Part shown: positions 26,582 through 39,673 of the stretch, piece by piece | Numbering within the stretch: the first letter of the stretch is position 1 | Layout: every line of letters starts with the position of its first letter | NCBI GenBank assembly: GCA_030141605.1 | Contig: JAQGDQ010000035.1 | Location: 558,001 to 622,000, forward strand | DNA from: Tubiluchus corallicola | Lineage: Eukaryota; Animalia; Priapulida | Length of the DNA: 64,000 nucleotides | Reading direction: 5' to 3' | Program-made: the position numbers and the translations under genes | The notes under the pieces: model-generated | What the model was told of the DNA's origin: nothing | Database searches by the model: none | The model's input: only the letters and a program-made list of their open reading frames with translations

Positions 26582-27378
26582 CTAAAAGAAAAAAAACTCT
26601 ATTTTCAGAACTGCATACAGTAAACACATTTTAATCAGTAAACTGGTAACTACAGATAACAGGGATTTGCATAGAATGAATTTTTATTTTGGAGAGATGC
26701 AAGAGACTCTTACACAAGGATTTGTCCAAAAAAAGTTCATGACAAATTCACTGACAAATTTATGCTATTGAGCTGATCAGACCCTATAAAACTTCTATGT
26801 TATGTAGTCAGTAATTGTGAAGTATTATGGCATCTTCCATGCGATCATACAATGTAATCATAGTTTTAATCTTTAATTTTAATCCTGTATTATTCATTAT
26901 GTCTTTTATGATTACCTAATTTAGCTTTGATTGTATTCAGTCACATTTCTGCGCCACTATGACTGTTATCTACCATCTTATATTGTTGCTATCTTCTGTC
27001 CTTTCATCTTCTCTTAGTCAGTTTTAACTAGATGTGACTTTGGTGTTGCAACACACGATCTGCTAATAATTTAAACTTACTGATTTTGTCAGTGTGCTAA
27101 TCTAATCTAAGACTAAACAAAACTTGTTATATCATAATTGCTGTCTTGTTAAATTTGTTATGGTCAAGCTTTTTGATGCAGTCTTAGCAAACAACTAAAG
27201 ACCCAAGATAAAACACGTTTAATAATTTTTGCACATACATGAATAAGTTCCTTTAACAATATTACAATGCCAGTTTTTCAATGATTGACTAGATGGTGTT
27301 CTTTCAATTCTCTGACTTCAATAAAAAGAATTCTGAATATATTATGTGCATGTGTGTAAGGAGTCCTAAGTAACATAC

Positions 27379-27492
27379 CTGAACAATTCTCTTCATCTGC
27401 TCCATCCCAACATTTGGTATAATCATCACATTTCTCAGATTCACTGTAGCACCTTTCACCATCATCGCAGGAGTATTCCCAATATTCACATC
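27379..27492 (-). CDS. LDLa membrane protein, cassette A LDLa repeat 4 (coding exon 5)
   Basis: GTCAG| ... |GTATGT, 114 nt; CEYWEYSCDDGERCYSESEKCDDYTKCWDGADEENCS. Confidence 0.9.
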
Positions 27493-30229
27493 CTGACAGC
27501 AATATCAATTATTAGTTGAAAGTTAGGAGAGTTCAAATGCATACATAGAAATATTTTTGAATTTCATCAGCTCTTTTCATTATTTATTTATTTGTCTTCA
27601 GACAAAACGTTTTATTTGCAGATGAGAACTTGTAAAGGCTTATAATGGAAGACATAGTGCTGGGCATTTTCTCATGTCGGCAGGGTGAGCAGCAAAAAGG
27701 TCACACCCGCGTGCCCGTCAACTAAAGTAGTCTCATTATAAGCAGATGAACCAAGACTTTGTTAGTTCTTTTATCCATAGTTCACATAAAAGAAGAAAAT
27801 CTGACCAGCCAAACTTTATTACTTTATTAACATCATTTCTCCACCTATTGCTATTGGTTGGTTTTTATATATTCTGATTAAAATTAAAACAAAAGAAGAC
27901 ACTTTTCTTAAATAATGATTAAAAAATTAAGTAACAATTTGAAATTTTATATCATTTACAGGCTGTCTTACATTTACAGCTGTTAGCAGTAAAGCCATAC
28001 AAAACTTGTAAATTTAAGTTCGCACGAGGTAGATGCATCCAAATGTAACAGTAAGTTATTTGAAACAAGTTTAAAAAATGTTGTGGAACGTTTGAAAAAC
28101 TAATCACAGCATGCGTAGCACAGACTTCACTAACTAAGCACAGGTATAAATTACTGTACCTTGTCAATAAGATCAAAAATAGGTTTTTTGGCTAGTCTGC
28201 GTGAGGGTCACTGAGAAGGTGAGTCAGCGATTTTTACTAGTTGGTGTGAACATTTGAAATTACTAAGAATTTTCTTTTTAGTTACATTTATCTCTTTTAA
28301 GCAGGTAAGCATAATGCTAAGTAATATAACTTTGGGTGGAAAGTTTTTTGCGACATATTTTAAAATCTTTAATATTTCTTTTTGAAATTTAAGGGGGCAT
28401 TTTCTTCGCCTTTAAGCTATAACAAAATAACTGTCTGGGTGCACCAGATTCACAGTCCGGATGGAGCTGAACCTGATCTGGATATATACATACTTTTTAT
28501 TTGATTGAAAGGCGTATAAAATTAAATACACACAAGTGGAATAGCTATAGGTACTTATAATATATTAGTCTTTAAGAACAAATCTAAATAATTATCATTG
28601 TACATGTATAAGGACTATGTATAATAGGAAAATATCATTTAAAACTCCCTCGCAAAGAGAACATCCCTATTAAAATGCAAAATTGAAAAAGGAATTTTTT
28701 TGGATAAGACTAGCCAAATAAAGGGGTTATAAAAACTAAAAAACATGATTTTAAAACTTTACATTTGTTTTTAAAGGCTGATATGTTATAAGTACATTTC
28801 GCTATTCTACATGTGCATACTTCTACTAGAGGGAGGATATACATGTTCATACGTAAGCAGTTAAGACATCTCTCAATGTCAGTTCAATGTTTTACCTCAG
28901 AGTATTACTATCCTTGATAATAAACTAACTACAGGTCAGCCACAACCATCTAAAAGTAAGTCCGGCCACTGATGGTGTATTACTGCTTGCACAGTTGCAA
29001 ACATAGTAACTTGTAAGACAAAGCATGAATTTCATGCAATAACCAATTCATGATGAAAATAGTAATTATGTGCTACCAACTCATCTATACTTGCGTACAA
29101 AAACTATGACGATTCTTAGGACAACTTATTAAGGGAAAAGAAGTAGTTAGGTAGAGGGGTAGACTACAACCAGGCTAAATATGTTTGTTGAGAAGGTTTA
29201 CCAAAGTTTACATGACCAAGGTCTACAGATGCACAAGTTTTTTAGTTCAATGATATATTTTATTTACAACAACACAACACTTGATGTAAATTCATTAATA
29301 TTGTGTGTTATATTGTGCAATGGCATGAAATATTGGCTTTGCAAGCTTTGAGATCCTTACATAGTATCAGTTTCCACATTCAATGTAAAATGGTTCTTTA
29401 ATCCCATAAATAAATTGTAATTACACTGTACTGAAGCAACAGTGAGACTTACTGCATCTTGCAAGTATGTAAAAAATCAATTCACCAAAATTATTACCTT
29501 CATCATCAAATTTTCCTCAGCTTAATAACAATCACAGGAAGTTTAACAAAAAATAACCAGTAGTAAAGGTATGGACCTATATGCTTGATCTTCTGAAAAT
29601 TCAATACATCTCAAGCATTTCGAAGGACATTCAAGCATTTCCTTGGCATATCCACGTAGGACATATCTGTTCACTATGTATAAATCATGTAAAGTCCATG
29701 ATAGAGAACTGCCAAGACTGCAACTTCTACCATTTTTTCTTAGAGCTGCTTAAAACGAAATATGTGCAAAATATTTTGTTGTGAAGTTTCAACTTTGCTT
29801 GCAACCTCGAGTAACTTATGAAAAACATCATGATACACCACTTTGTCTAACTTCAGTCACTTCCCTAGAGTACATTTTAACCATCTATTACATCGAGTCT
29901 AATGTATTTCAGTCAACCTGATTTTTACAAAACACTGCAGATGCATTATAGTGTTACGTCAGCAATAAGACTAATTTAAAAAAATATATTTCAAAATTTT
30001 GGTTTCCAATGGTGAAATGTAACACAGCAGCTAGTCAGATTTACTAAATATTTCAGTTTTAGCACACACTTGAAGCTCTGCACAAGGTCCTACCCCACAG
30101 TAATAACCTACAAACAAACAAACATTGAACTATAGTATAAATCCCTTTAACTGCAACATCAAACACATTTCATTTGGTTTGGTTTGAATTGTACATGCAT
30201 GTATGCCAGTGCAAAGACCTTTTTAATGT

Positions 30230-30322
30230 AGAAACTGGCTGTAGTATACCCTTTTTAACATAAAGACTGGCTGGAATATTCCCTTTTAACATAGAAACTG
30301 GCTGGAGTATACCCTTTTTAAC
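30230..30322. repeat. Minisatellite, about 32 bp x3
   Basis: Unit approx. AAACTGGCTGGAGTATACCCTTTTTAACATA. Confidence 0.75.
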
Positions 30323-30337
30323 GTACATGGCCACTTA

Positions 30338-30540
30338 AATTTTAATGTGATTGGCAAAATCAGCAGATTTGAGAATGTTTCAAAAATCTGACCTAACTAT
30401 GGCCATACGTATGGTTGAATTTCAAGAGACTCCTGATTTGGCACAGAATCTCCTGAAATTCAACCATACTTCCGGCCATAATTCAGTCAGATTTTTGAAA
30501 AATTCTGAATTCTGCTGATTTTGACCATCACATTAAAATT
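30338..30540. repeat. About 200-bp imperfect palindrome (fold-back)
   Basis: AATTTTAATGTGAT..CAAAATCAGCAGA..TTTCAAAAATCTGAC..TATGGCC..GTATGGTTGAATTTCA.GAGA is mirrored after a loop of about 8 nt. Confidence 0.85.
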
Positions 30541-33418
30541 AAAGCAGAGAAGCCGGAAACACACCTTGGATGCTATTGAACCGTTGAAAGAGGCTAAGCT
30601 AAAACAGCCGAATCTTAGTAAAGTAAAATATTAAATGGTTTCATCTGTTAACATTGTCTACAGTTTTCGCCAAAGGCGAGTGGCAGCGGCAAGTGGTGCA
30701 ATGCAAGTATTCTTCGGTTTAGTTTTAATTCACTTAACATAAACCATCTATTTCCAGAAATCTCAAAAATGTAAGAAATGAAGTGGGACTAGGAGGATAC
30801 TCCAAAATTGATGTACACTGCTTGCACTTTTGTAAATTTTAAGGTTTTATGGAGTCTAAAATCGAGAAATTTCTACTACTTTGTGGTTCAAAATTTTTGA
30901 ATTTTGTTTCTGAAAAAGGCCTGATAAAAAGTCTAAAATACAGGTAACATGTTGGCTTCCGGGGTTTCATCCCACGCTCAGCCACCTAGCTGGTTCTTAA
31001 CTCCTGATTTCGATTTGTGACGAGGTGGCAACCCTATAGTAATAGCTAAAATTAATATTGGCATTGAATTAAAAGTGCTCTTGGATGCCTTCAAAATGAC
31101 ATGAAATGCAGATAAGATACAATGAAATTCTTTTTAGACTTTATCTTCAAAGGAAACTGGCTAATATTTGAGGTCTATAAAAACACTGTAAATACTTATT
31201 TTCAAGCAAAATAAGTTGTTATAGAACCCAAAAAACTGCCATAATACAAAAACACAAAAAAGTGCTCTTGGTAGCCTCTAAAATCTCCTCAAATGCTGCA
31301 AAATGCATCAGTGACCATGGTCCCCAGGCTCTCTAGCTGCTTATTAGGCCCTTGGATAAAATATTTCCTCCAGTCATAATTTCCTGAAAAGGTTCTATGT
31401 CGGTGTGCCGGTGTGAATGCTTCAAACACAAAGAGACAAAATAGTGAAGAAAAATTAAATTTTTTATAAAGAAAATGAAAAAATTTATGATTTACTTTTG
31501 CACCCTGAGTAAAAATTTTGCACCTCGTAGGATCCAAGAGGAAAAATTCAGTCAGTCATTATTTCAGTGACTTCAATGCAATGTAACAAGACCAATTTGT
31601 AAATTGAAATTAATTTTATCATTGAACAACATCAAAGTTTTCACCATGTTTTCTAAATTATCTCAGTTAATTCAATTTTAACATTTTTAAAAATATTGTT
31701 GTTTGTTTATTAGGCATCGATTGATATCTATTGAAAAGGCACCCTTTGCCAGGCCCCTATAGGCCACGTCCAATGTTCGCATAATAGTTGGTGATATCTG
31801 TTGACTGAAAACAATACTAATCTGCGAGACTGCATTTTTAAAATAATTAAAAAAATTCACCTACTTCAAAAACCAGTTCTCTTAAAAATATGCTTTGGAA
31901 ACCTGTCTATAAAATTTTAACTTCATGATTTCAGCTAACACCCAGGAAAGACAGTAATTTGCTGAGACAAATGTTAAAAATAAAGCCGTATTCAACAATA
32001 AATTTGCACTATTCGGGTTAGAGAAACATATTTTCAACTAACTATTTTGTAACTAATGTCAATGTTATGAGGAACTCCAATATGTCTATTGTATGTACTA
32101 TTTTTCTGAGGCTACACGCATTCAATTAAATTAATAAATTCCGTAATCAGGTTACTTGAGAAAGAATTTCTGTTGTTCTTACAGCACCTGACTTAGTATT
32201 TTCTTGGAATTTCAGGCGAAAATTTGACCTGTTGAATTTATTTAAGCTAAGACTAATATAATTTAGATGCATTAATAAAAGTATGTAATTGCTTCAGACT
32301 AATAATATTATAGCATTCTTCGTGCAGGCATCATATTTAGGTTTGTTAATTTCATTTAAATCTATTCATTTATTATACATTTTCGCAGTAGATGAAAATA
32401 CAATATAATTAATTAAAGTCCTTACCTTGATAATGACTATCTGCTGCCAATTCACAATTTGTTTGCTTCAATTCCCCATTCCAGTTCATGTTGCAAATTT
32501 CTGTATTTCACTTTGTATAAACATTTGTGGTAGCGATTATATCAGGAAAGCAAAATCTCGTCAAACGGCAATTACTAATCGTAAGCCATTTGAAATTATA
32601 ATAATGTAAAATATCATAATAAACACAAGCACCGATAAATGCCAACGATAAACAGGTGTTCATGCGGACAATCGTCGACTTGGCGTAAATTGTGGTGCGA
32701 CATCGCACTAGTAAAAACTTAAAAATCTGGCGTAATATGCAGTGCATAAGAAGATAGTCATATCCACATCCACCAACACAAAAGGCTCTTATACGTCACG
32801 CCCAACATTTACAAGATTGCGGCGATATCTGTTGACTAAAAATGACACTAATGCATGAGATTGCATTTTTAAAATAATTAACAAACATATCTTCGCAGTG
32901 TGTGAAATTGCATTTATAGAGCAATGAGGAATAAATGTACACTGCGGAATGATATTGAAAAAAGTCAAAAATAGCACTAAGTCATGCATTGTAGCTGCAA
33001 AACTAAATTATTCACACTTTATTCTTTCACATACTATTTCTTGTCTCATGTAGAATAGATTGGCATTTAACATATGCACTTACCTGGAATCATATTATTT
33101 TGCCTATAATTAAACTTATTTTTGTGTAGCAGATAAGGTAATTATATGTCCAATGGCAAAAGCTTAATTATTTGAAGAGCTTACAGGTTTTACTCAACTT
33201 GTTGTTGAAGTATTAAGTTAACAAAGCTTTCTTGAGTTTTATTGCTCGGTATGCAGCACTATAAGCCTCGCGACCACTGACCGGTATTACTGAGCCAATC
33301 TGTGTCACTAATTTACAAGTGAAATGCCTCCAAAATATGACACATTTAATTGTAAAATTTGATTTAAAAACAAGCGTAACTGAAAGTCATTATTAAATAT
33401 AAGATCTGTGCGAAATAA

Positions 33419-33635
33419 AAACATTGAATGCCATTTATAGTCTCACGGTGATTATTTATTTATTTCACGAGCTTTTGCCCTAACAGGCCTCATGACCTAA
33501 AAAAATTAGAGATAAAATGGTAAAACAGTATGTAAGTTACATATTACATACGTACTGTTGATGAGGCCTGTTAGGGTGAAAGCTCCTGAAATAATCAAAT
33601 AACCATTGTGAAACTATAAAGGGTATTCAATGTTT
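33419..33635. mobile_element. Inverted repeat of a Penelope-like terminal sequence with a degenerate hammerhead-like core
   Basis: Inverted arms of about 75 bp; right arm has TTGATGA-GGCCTGTTAGGGT-GAAA-GCTC at 33558-33585. Confidence 0.55.
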
Positions 33636-33981
33636 CTATGTTGAAAATGGCAAGTCTCACGGAAGCCCTCTCATATGTTAAGTTTTGTGCACATTCCAAA
33701 TTCACCAACCTTCAAATTGATTCTATAGGATCTCACACAAAATTAAGAAACTTAAGTTGATTACAATATTATTAGCTGTACTTTTCCCAATATAGTTTTG
33801 ATTATAGCAGTTTGAAAAATTCTTTACCTTACAGTCTCATCCTTCCCTTAACAAAAAAGTCTGCATCACCAGGGAGTGAAAAAGTGAAATTTCAATGAAA
33901 TAAGGTCACAACAGTATAATTTCTATTTGTAATATGAATTTCTTTTGAATTACAGTTTTGATATAAACTACGGCTACTTAC

Positions 33982-34104
33982 TATTAGGGCAATCTATTTC
34001 ATCACTACCATCGGAGCAGTCACTATAACCATCACACTTCGCAGAGCTCCATAAACAATGACCATTATCACAAGTGAATTGATAGCTTGCACATGTTTTT
34101 TTAT
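33982..34104 (-). CDS. LDLa membrane protein, LDLa repeat 3 (coding exon 4)
   Basis: TTTGCAG| ... |GTAAGT, 123 nt, phase 1-1; [40 protein letters not shown]. Confidence 0.92.
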
Positions 34105-34961
34105 CTGCAAACATAAAAGAAAGTGAGATGCTACTTTTACATACGTATATTTTAGCAAAAAAGAGCGATACCTTGATGACACAAACATTTGGACATCAGC
34201 AAAGTACAATAGTCAATTTCAATTGGCCAATATCCATGTTAGCATTTACTCTTGTTTTGTGATGTTTGGAAATTATTCACAAGTGATGCATCTGGTTTCT
34301 TTATAATGCAATGTTGAATTATAACTTATTATTATATGTCACATTATAACTTGAACATGATAGTTTTGCAACTTTATTTCAATAAATGAAAAAAGGTTGT
34401 TGCCTTGAGTTGCAAAAAAGTAAGGTACTATCTAACTTACTATCGTTTACAGACTGACTCTGAATTGTAAACAGATTTCACACATACATTCGGTCTCGTG
34501 CACCGTGAGTTGAAAGCCAAGGGTATACAGACTGCCTGCCAGGTTTTTGTCCAATGTTAGAATCACCCTTTAGTTGGATAATGCGCACACACAGAGTAAA
34601 AAATATTTCAGCTAAGTATTAAGTGCAGCAAGTTGACTACACTTCAACAGCAGCTAACCCAATTCAAAGCCCTTTAATACTGCATTATAACCAAAGGTGC
34701 ACCTGTTTAATGTTATATCCAACCAGCATCAATAAGTGCACTTAACCAAATTAAATAACAATTAAAAATGATTTGAGCAGTTATATCATGAATGTTTAGA
34801 AAAACAGTGTAATAGAAATTTCTTATTTTTACACTGCAAAATTACATCATGCATTTTATCAGAAATGTAAAATTTTCCTAATATTGGATGATAATCATGC
34901 ACTTCTTTTCTACCCAGTTCTTTATTTATGCACTGATAACTTTTTATTTACCAATATCCAC

Positions 34962-35335
34962 AGTATAAAATTTTGCAAAAAAACTAATCCTCTTGGAAGG
35001 CTCGTAGAGAAAACCAGAAAACACTTCGTAAAATTAAACTAGTTTATTAAGCGAGAACTCTACAACACAAAAGTATGAAGGAACGCGAAATGATTACACT
35101 AAAAGTGAAAATCTGGAAAACGTTTGAGTGTATCTGAAAATACAAGTATGCAAGAGAATGTGTGCGTGCGAAATCTGCGTGTGTCTGTCAGCGGCCTGCT
35201 TCGCCTTGTATAGCGTGCCCGAGAAGCTTCTAGAAGTTTCTTTCCAGAACATTCTACACGGTAAGACGATTATTCTAACGGAACATTCTACAATATTCTA
35301 TTTAATTCTAATAGATGCCAGCGATCTCCACAACA
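34962..35335 (-). mobile_element. Probable solo LTR carrying heat-shock-element arrays
   Basis: Begins TGTTG on minus, internal AATAAA, flanked by TCCAC/TCCAG (5-bp TSD, 1 mismatch; terminal CA mutated); nGAAn arrays at 35222-35255. Confidence 0.6.
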
Positions 35336-35397
35336 TCCAGATAATGATTATTGGAAATGAAAAATGCTTTTAAAAACAACTGTCAAACTGAACTTAC

Positions 35398-35526
35398 ACG
35401 GGCAGTTGCGCTCATCACTACCATCTTTGCAATCTCTAACGCCATTACATTTTTCAGTACTCCAGATACATCCGCCATCATCACAAGTGTATTGAAAGAA
35501 CAAACAAGTTTTCGAGTTGTCTAGAT
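35398..35526 (-). CDS. LDLa membrane protein, LDLa repeat 2 (coding exon 3)
   Basis: TTTTTAG| ... |GTAAGT, 129 nt, phase 1-1; LDNSKTCLFFQYTCDDGGCIWSTEKCNGVRDCKDGSDERNCP. Confidence 0.92.
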
Positions 35527-35589
35527 CTAAAAATGAGTATTAATTTGAAACAGACCAGCAGTTCAATACATATTTTAAACTAAATTTTC

Positions 35590-37110
35590 ACATAAGATTA
35601 ATAGCAAAAATGAAAACATCGTGATGCTTATAGTAAATGTTTACCTGCCATATGATAGTGGAGCTATCAACTTATGTGACGAGGACAACGTTATCAAAGT
35701 TCCCAACGAAACTGAAGTACTATTACAACTACATAACCCTGATAATATTTTTTGGGGAGGTGACTTAAACATGGAGTTTTCTCGACAAACACCTCACGTC
35801 TGAGAAGTTTCAAGCTTCATTGAGAGATGGAATCTGTATCACTGTTATGAATATTATTTAGCTAATGTCGATTTTGCTTATTCTAATAATTTTAATGTGA
35901 GTACGCACACTATTGATCACTTTATTGTTAGTTTCAGCTTGAACAATTGTGTTACAGATCATTACAGATCATAGGGCCTGGCATATTGGTTCCGTAACTC
36001 TTCAATTGAATACAGACTTATAAAAGTGTTGTAATAAAAATGATCAAACAACCTAAAATTGCTTGGTATAAAACTAATGATGGAATAATCCATTTGTATT
36101 CAAATGACTTGCATGACTTGGTCAGTAACATTTCAGTTCCATAATTAATGTCTTATACTGTAATAATCCCAATTGTCAAATGATATCAATAGGTATTGTA
36201 ATGACGTTGTAAATTCATGTTTGGTTATTAGTGATAAATGCATTCCCAAAACGAGTTGCATAGATGACAATAACATAGTTCCCGGCTAGAATGATCTTGT
36301 TGAGCAGCATGACACTGCGTTCTTCTGGTATCACATTTGGGTTAATTTTAGTATTGTGTCTAGACAACACACTCTAGCCCTTTATCGTTACAGGGTTCGC
36401 TTATGTCAAAAATCATGAGGAAGAAATGTGTAAAACTAAACTAGCTGAATGTACCGCCAATAATAACTCTCGTGATCTGTTTTATGAAATAAATAAAGTG
36501 AAAAGTGGCAACAATTTGACCTCTAGTTTTGTCAATGGGCTGATCAATAAGAGCGAAATTGCTAACATGTTTGTGGATGAATATGAACGGTTGTAAGATA
36601 CAGTTGGATACAATGTTGATATGAAGCAACTACGTGATGATATTAATTAAAATGTCCTAGAAGGAAGCAGTAATACACCAAATGAATTACTTTCTGTTTG
36701 TGATGTAATTTATGCAGTTTGACGTCTCAAAGCAGGCAAAAATGAAGGCTTAACTGGATTTTCCGGCAATCATATGATTAACGACCCAAATTCATTATTT
36801 GTATACATAAGTATGTTATTTAATCTGATGTTATCTTACGGTGCTGTGCCGCACAACCTTCTCTATTCAACTATCAAACCAATTGCTAAAGATGAGCGTA
36901 GCAACATGTGTAACAAAAGCAATTATAGGGGCATCGCTTTGTCTTTTTCTCTAAGTAAACTTCTGGACTGCTCATTATTTTAAAGCATGGTTTTGTGCTG
37001 TGTAGATCGGGTCAACAGTCTGGGTTTAAGTCGCATCTCCCATTTTCTATTTCCATGTGTACAATGGCCCTTAAGGAGACAATTAATCATTATATTAATA
37101 ATGGGTCTTA
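35590..37110 (+). mobile_element. Degenerate CR1/L2-group LINE (APE endonuclease to start of RT)
   Basis: Motifs IVNVYLP, GGDLN, TIDHFIVS and NYRGIALSFSLSKLLD with many stops and frameshifts. Confidence 0.8.
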
Positions 37111-37632
37111 TCGTTACACACATAGAGTCTGTGTGAAAATGAATATAGTAAATTAGAAAAACTTATTAATAACAAATTTAGATTGAGGAGAGTGTAGCAT
37201 GGCAATAAAGCAGCCAAGCACATTTTGTAAATGAAAAAAGAGAATAGAAGAAACTAGGAGGTCGGAGGCAAAAAAGATAGGAAAAGAGGGATGGTAATGG
37301 AAATGTACTGGATCATCGATGTATTAAGCAATGTTACAGGGACAAACATGTATCTCAGCTAATAGAAATTTCCATTTGCAAATCAATAACTCCTGAAAAG
37401 ATTGGACAAGACAATAGATACCAAATAATTAGTGTTTTAAAAGCGGATTGGACATTATATTTGTTTGTAATTGCAACTGCAATATCATCGTGATGATTTA
37501 CTGTCTGATAATGACTGACAATATAGTCAAGACAGTGGCTTTTTTGTAGGAAAGTGAAAATGATGTTATGCAGTTATAAAGTTTACGTTCGATGTTAGTG
37601 CAACAAAATCACTTTCAAAAGCTTACACTTAC

Positions 37633-37761
37633 TTTCGCAGTCTTTTTCGTCACTGCCATCATTGCAGTCTTCTTTACCATCACATTTGTTGTGATTGAAT
37701 ATACACTGTCCATCATCACAAGTATAGTGAAAGGGTGTGATTAAATCACAATCTGATATAC
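37633..37761 (-). CDS. LDLa membrane protein, LDLa repeat 1 (coding exon 2)
   Basis: TTTTTAG| ... |GTAAGT, 129 nt, phase 1-1; ISDCDLITPFHYTCDDGQCIFNHNKCDGKEDCNDGSDEKDCE. Confidence 0.92.
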
Positions 37762-38339
37762 CTAAAAAGGTCAAGCAAATGTTTACCTTTTAAGGATACT
37801 TTAAGGTTACTCTTACCATCTAGGAAAACCATTAATACCTCTGTTAAGAGCATGTAAAATGCAAAGTACAATTATTTTTTGTTGTAGTCATTGGCTACCT
37901 AGTGCTCAAGCATTATGTTATAAACTGTTTTTCTTACAAGATTTGGCTTTTCAGGGTTATATTATATTAGTGTCCATGTTGTATATTATTAGTACTCGTG
38001 AGATAGGCTGCAGTAATTGTTTGCATATATGCAACCAACACAATGGCTATTGTAAATAAACACCATGGTACTTTGTAGCCGTTGTGATATAATAGCAGTG
38101 GTTGCGTTATTGAGATTCCGGTCCCCAGAAACAAATCAGATGTGTATATGACTGTTATGTTGTAAAACTATTTTGTTATTGTATTTTACAATATTGTAAC
38201 ATATGGTTAACAAACATAATTAATAATTATGACATGTGTTGGTGAAATAAATTATTTAACTGTCTGAGGAATAAAAGAAGAATCATATAAATGCACAAAA
38301 GGGATACTGAATCAGAAAGTCTGAAAAATTTTGCATCTC

Positions 38340-38600
38340 AACTGGGACAGTGATAGGGATAGTGATCCCTTTTTTGAACATTCAGTTGATGACCGGTCCT
38401 ACTATGCATTTCAGTTACATGTTTGTTAAAACTTAGTTTGTTGTCCAGGCAAATGCGCAGTAGCTCGACGTTAGGTTTGCAAACAACAGTTTCTTCAAAT
38501 AAGTTGAAACTGGTGATATCGTGTCTTTTGTTACTAACTACCATGGCTTGAAACTTGAACTCAAGACCTTGTGCTTTTGAACAGTTATATTAGTGTTTAC
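38340..38600 (-). mobile_element. CR1/L2-group LINE RT fragment
   Basis: VELLRICLDNKLSFNKHV...GHQLNVQKR resembles the post-RT LG..ID.KL.F..H motif. Confidence 0.6.
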
Positions 38601-39615
38601 ACCACAGAAGCACTTGGCTTCAGACTCATCCTATGTGATGTGGGCCTAGGGGCTTCCACATCAGCAGTGCTGCTGTCAGCTGCTCCTCACTGCAATCACT
38701 AAAATTATAAGCAATATAAATAAATTTTCTTGCATTGCTAATAATTTTAATGATTGTAGTTATATTAGCTGTTATTATATTTTAGTTTGAGTGTAGTTTT
38801 TATATTTATCACTATAAATTAATCATAAACAGAGGTAAAATTCTCAAAAGTATAAACTACGTAGGAACAGCAAGGTTCTGACGGTGGCAGTGTGATTAGG
38901 CTATTTACTATCAAAATGTCACTTTTGCATGTAGGCAATTCTAGTAAAATCGCACTTATTTTTCCAACATTTACCTTATGTTATGATTATATATAGGTAT
39001 ATAGGTTAAGTTTGTAATCAACTGTAGCATTTTCTGTCCGTAATTATTATGTCATGTAACATTGCTTAATGATCTGTGTGTGTGAAGCAAGTATAATATA
39101 TTCTGTTTGTTGTAGTTACTAACGAAGCCTTGCTTAAAGGCAAATTTGACATGGTAGATTTAATTTAGGTTAGGACTTTTCAACTACTCTGACTTCAACT
39201 ACTCTACAAGGAATACACATACATACAGCACTGAAACAATACCGAAAGAAAGCTTAAAGGAAAGGTAGGCTGCTGAGTTAATGATAGAAGCAGTCAAAGC
39301 ATATACTGGTGTCTGATCAATGTAAATACTGCACATGCTTGTATGCAGAATGGTTGCATAGAATGCTTGTATGCACAGTACTACAGAACAAAAATTTTCT
39401 CTGCCTGTATGGAAGATGGCTTGAGCACTCTTGGACAGCTAAAATATTCACAACTTCCCATTGTATGATTGATGATTTATACATATATATATATATATAT
39501 ACATATAATAAATAGAGATCAGTAGGTTAAAAGCAAAATGCAAATGGAAGCATAACAGTTAGATTTTTATGTAAGTGTTAAACAGATGTAAGTGTTATGC
39601 AGTTCATAAATTTAC

Positions 39616-39673
39616 CTTTTGTACCAGAGATGTGCAGTAAATATACAAGCACAAATAGCACAGCTGCTTTCAT
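39616..39673 (-). CDS. LDLa-repeat type I membrane protein (LDLRAD-like architecture), signal-peptide exon; full model spans 39673-18834 (isoform A, 321 aa) or 39673-9149 (isoform B, 323 aa)
   Basis: MKAAVLFVLVYLLHISGTK then |GTAAAT, phase 1; all eight coding exons join in frame (966 nt A, 972 nt B including stop). Acceptor at 39718 implies an unlocated upstream non-coding exon. Confidence 0.8.

Noticed and set aside
28500-29950. Faint retroelement-like peptides on the minus strand
   Set aside because: Too degenerate to tell LINE from Gypsy or to set boundaries without a search.
21862-30322. 32-33 bp repeats at 21862 and 30230 as CRISPR arrays
   Set aside because: Head-to-tail minisatellites without unique spacers, in eukaryotic DNA with no cas genes.
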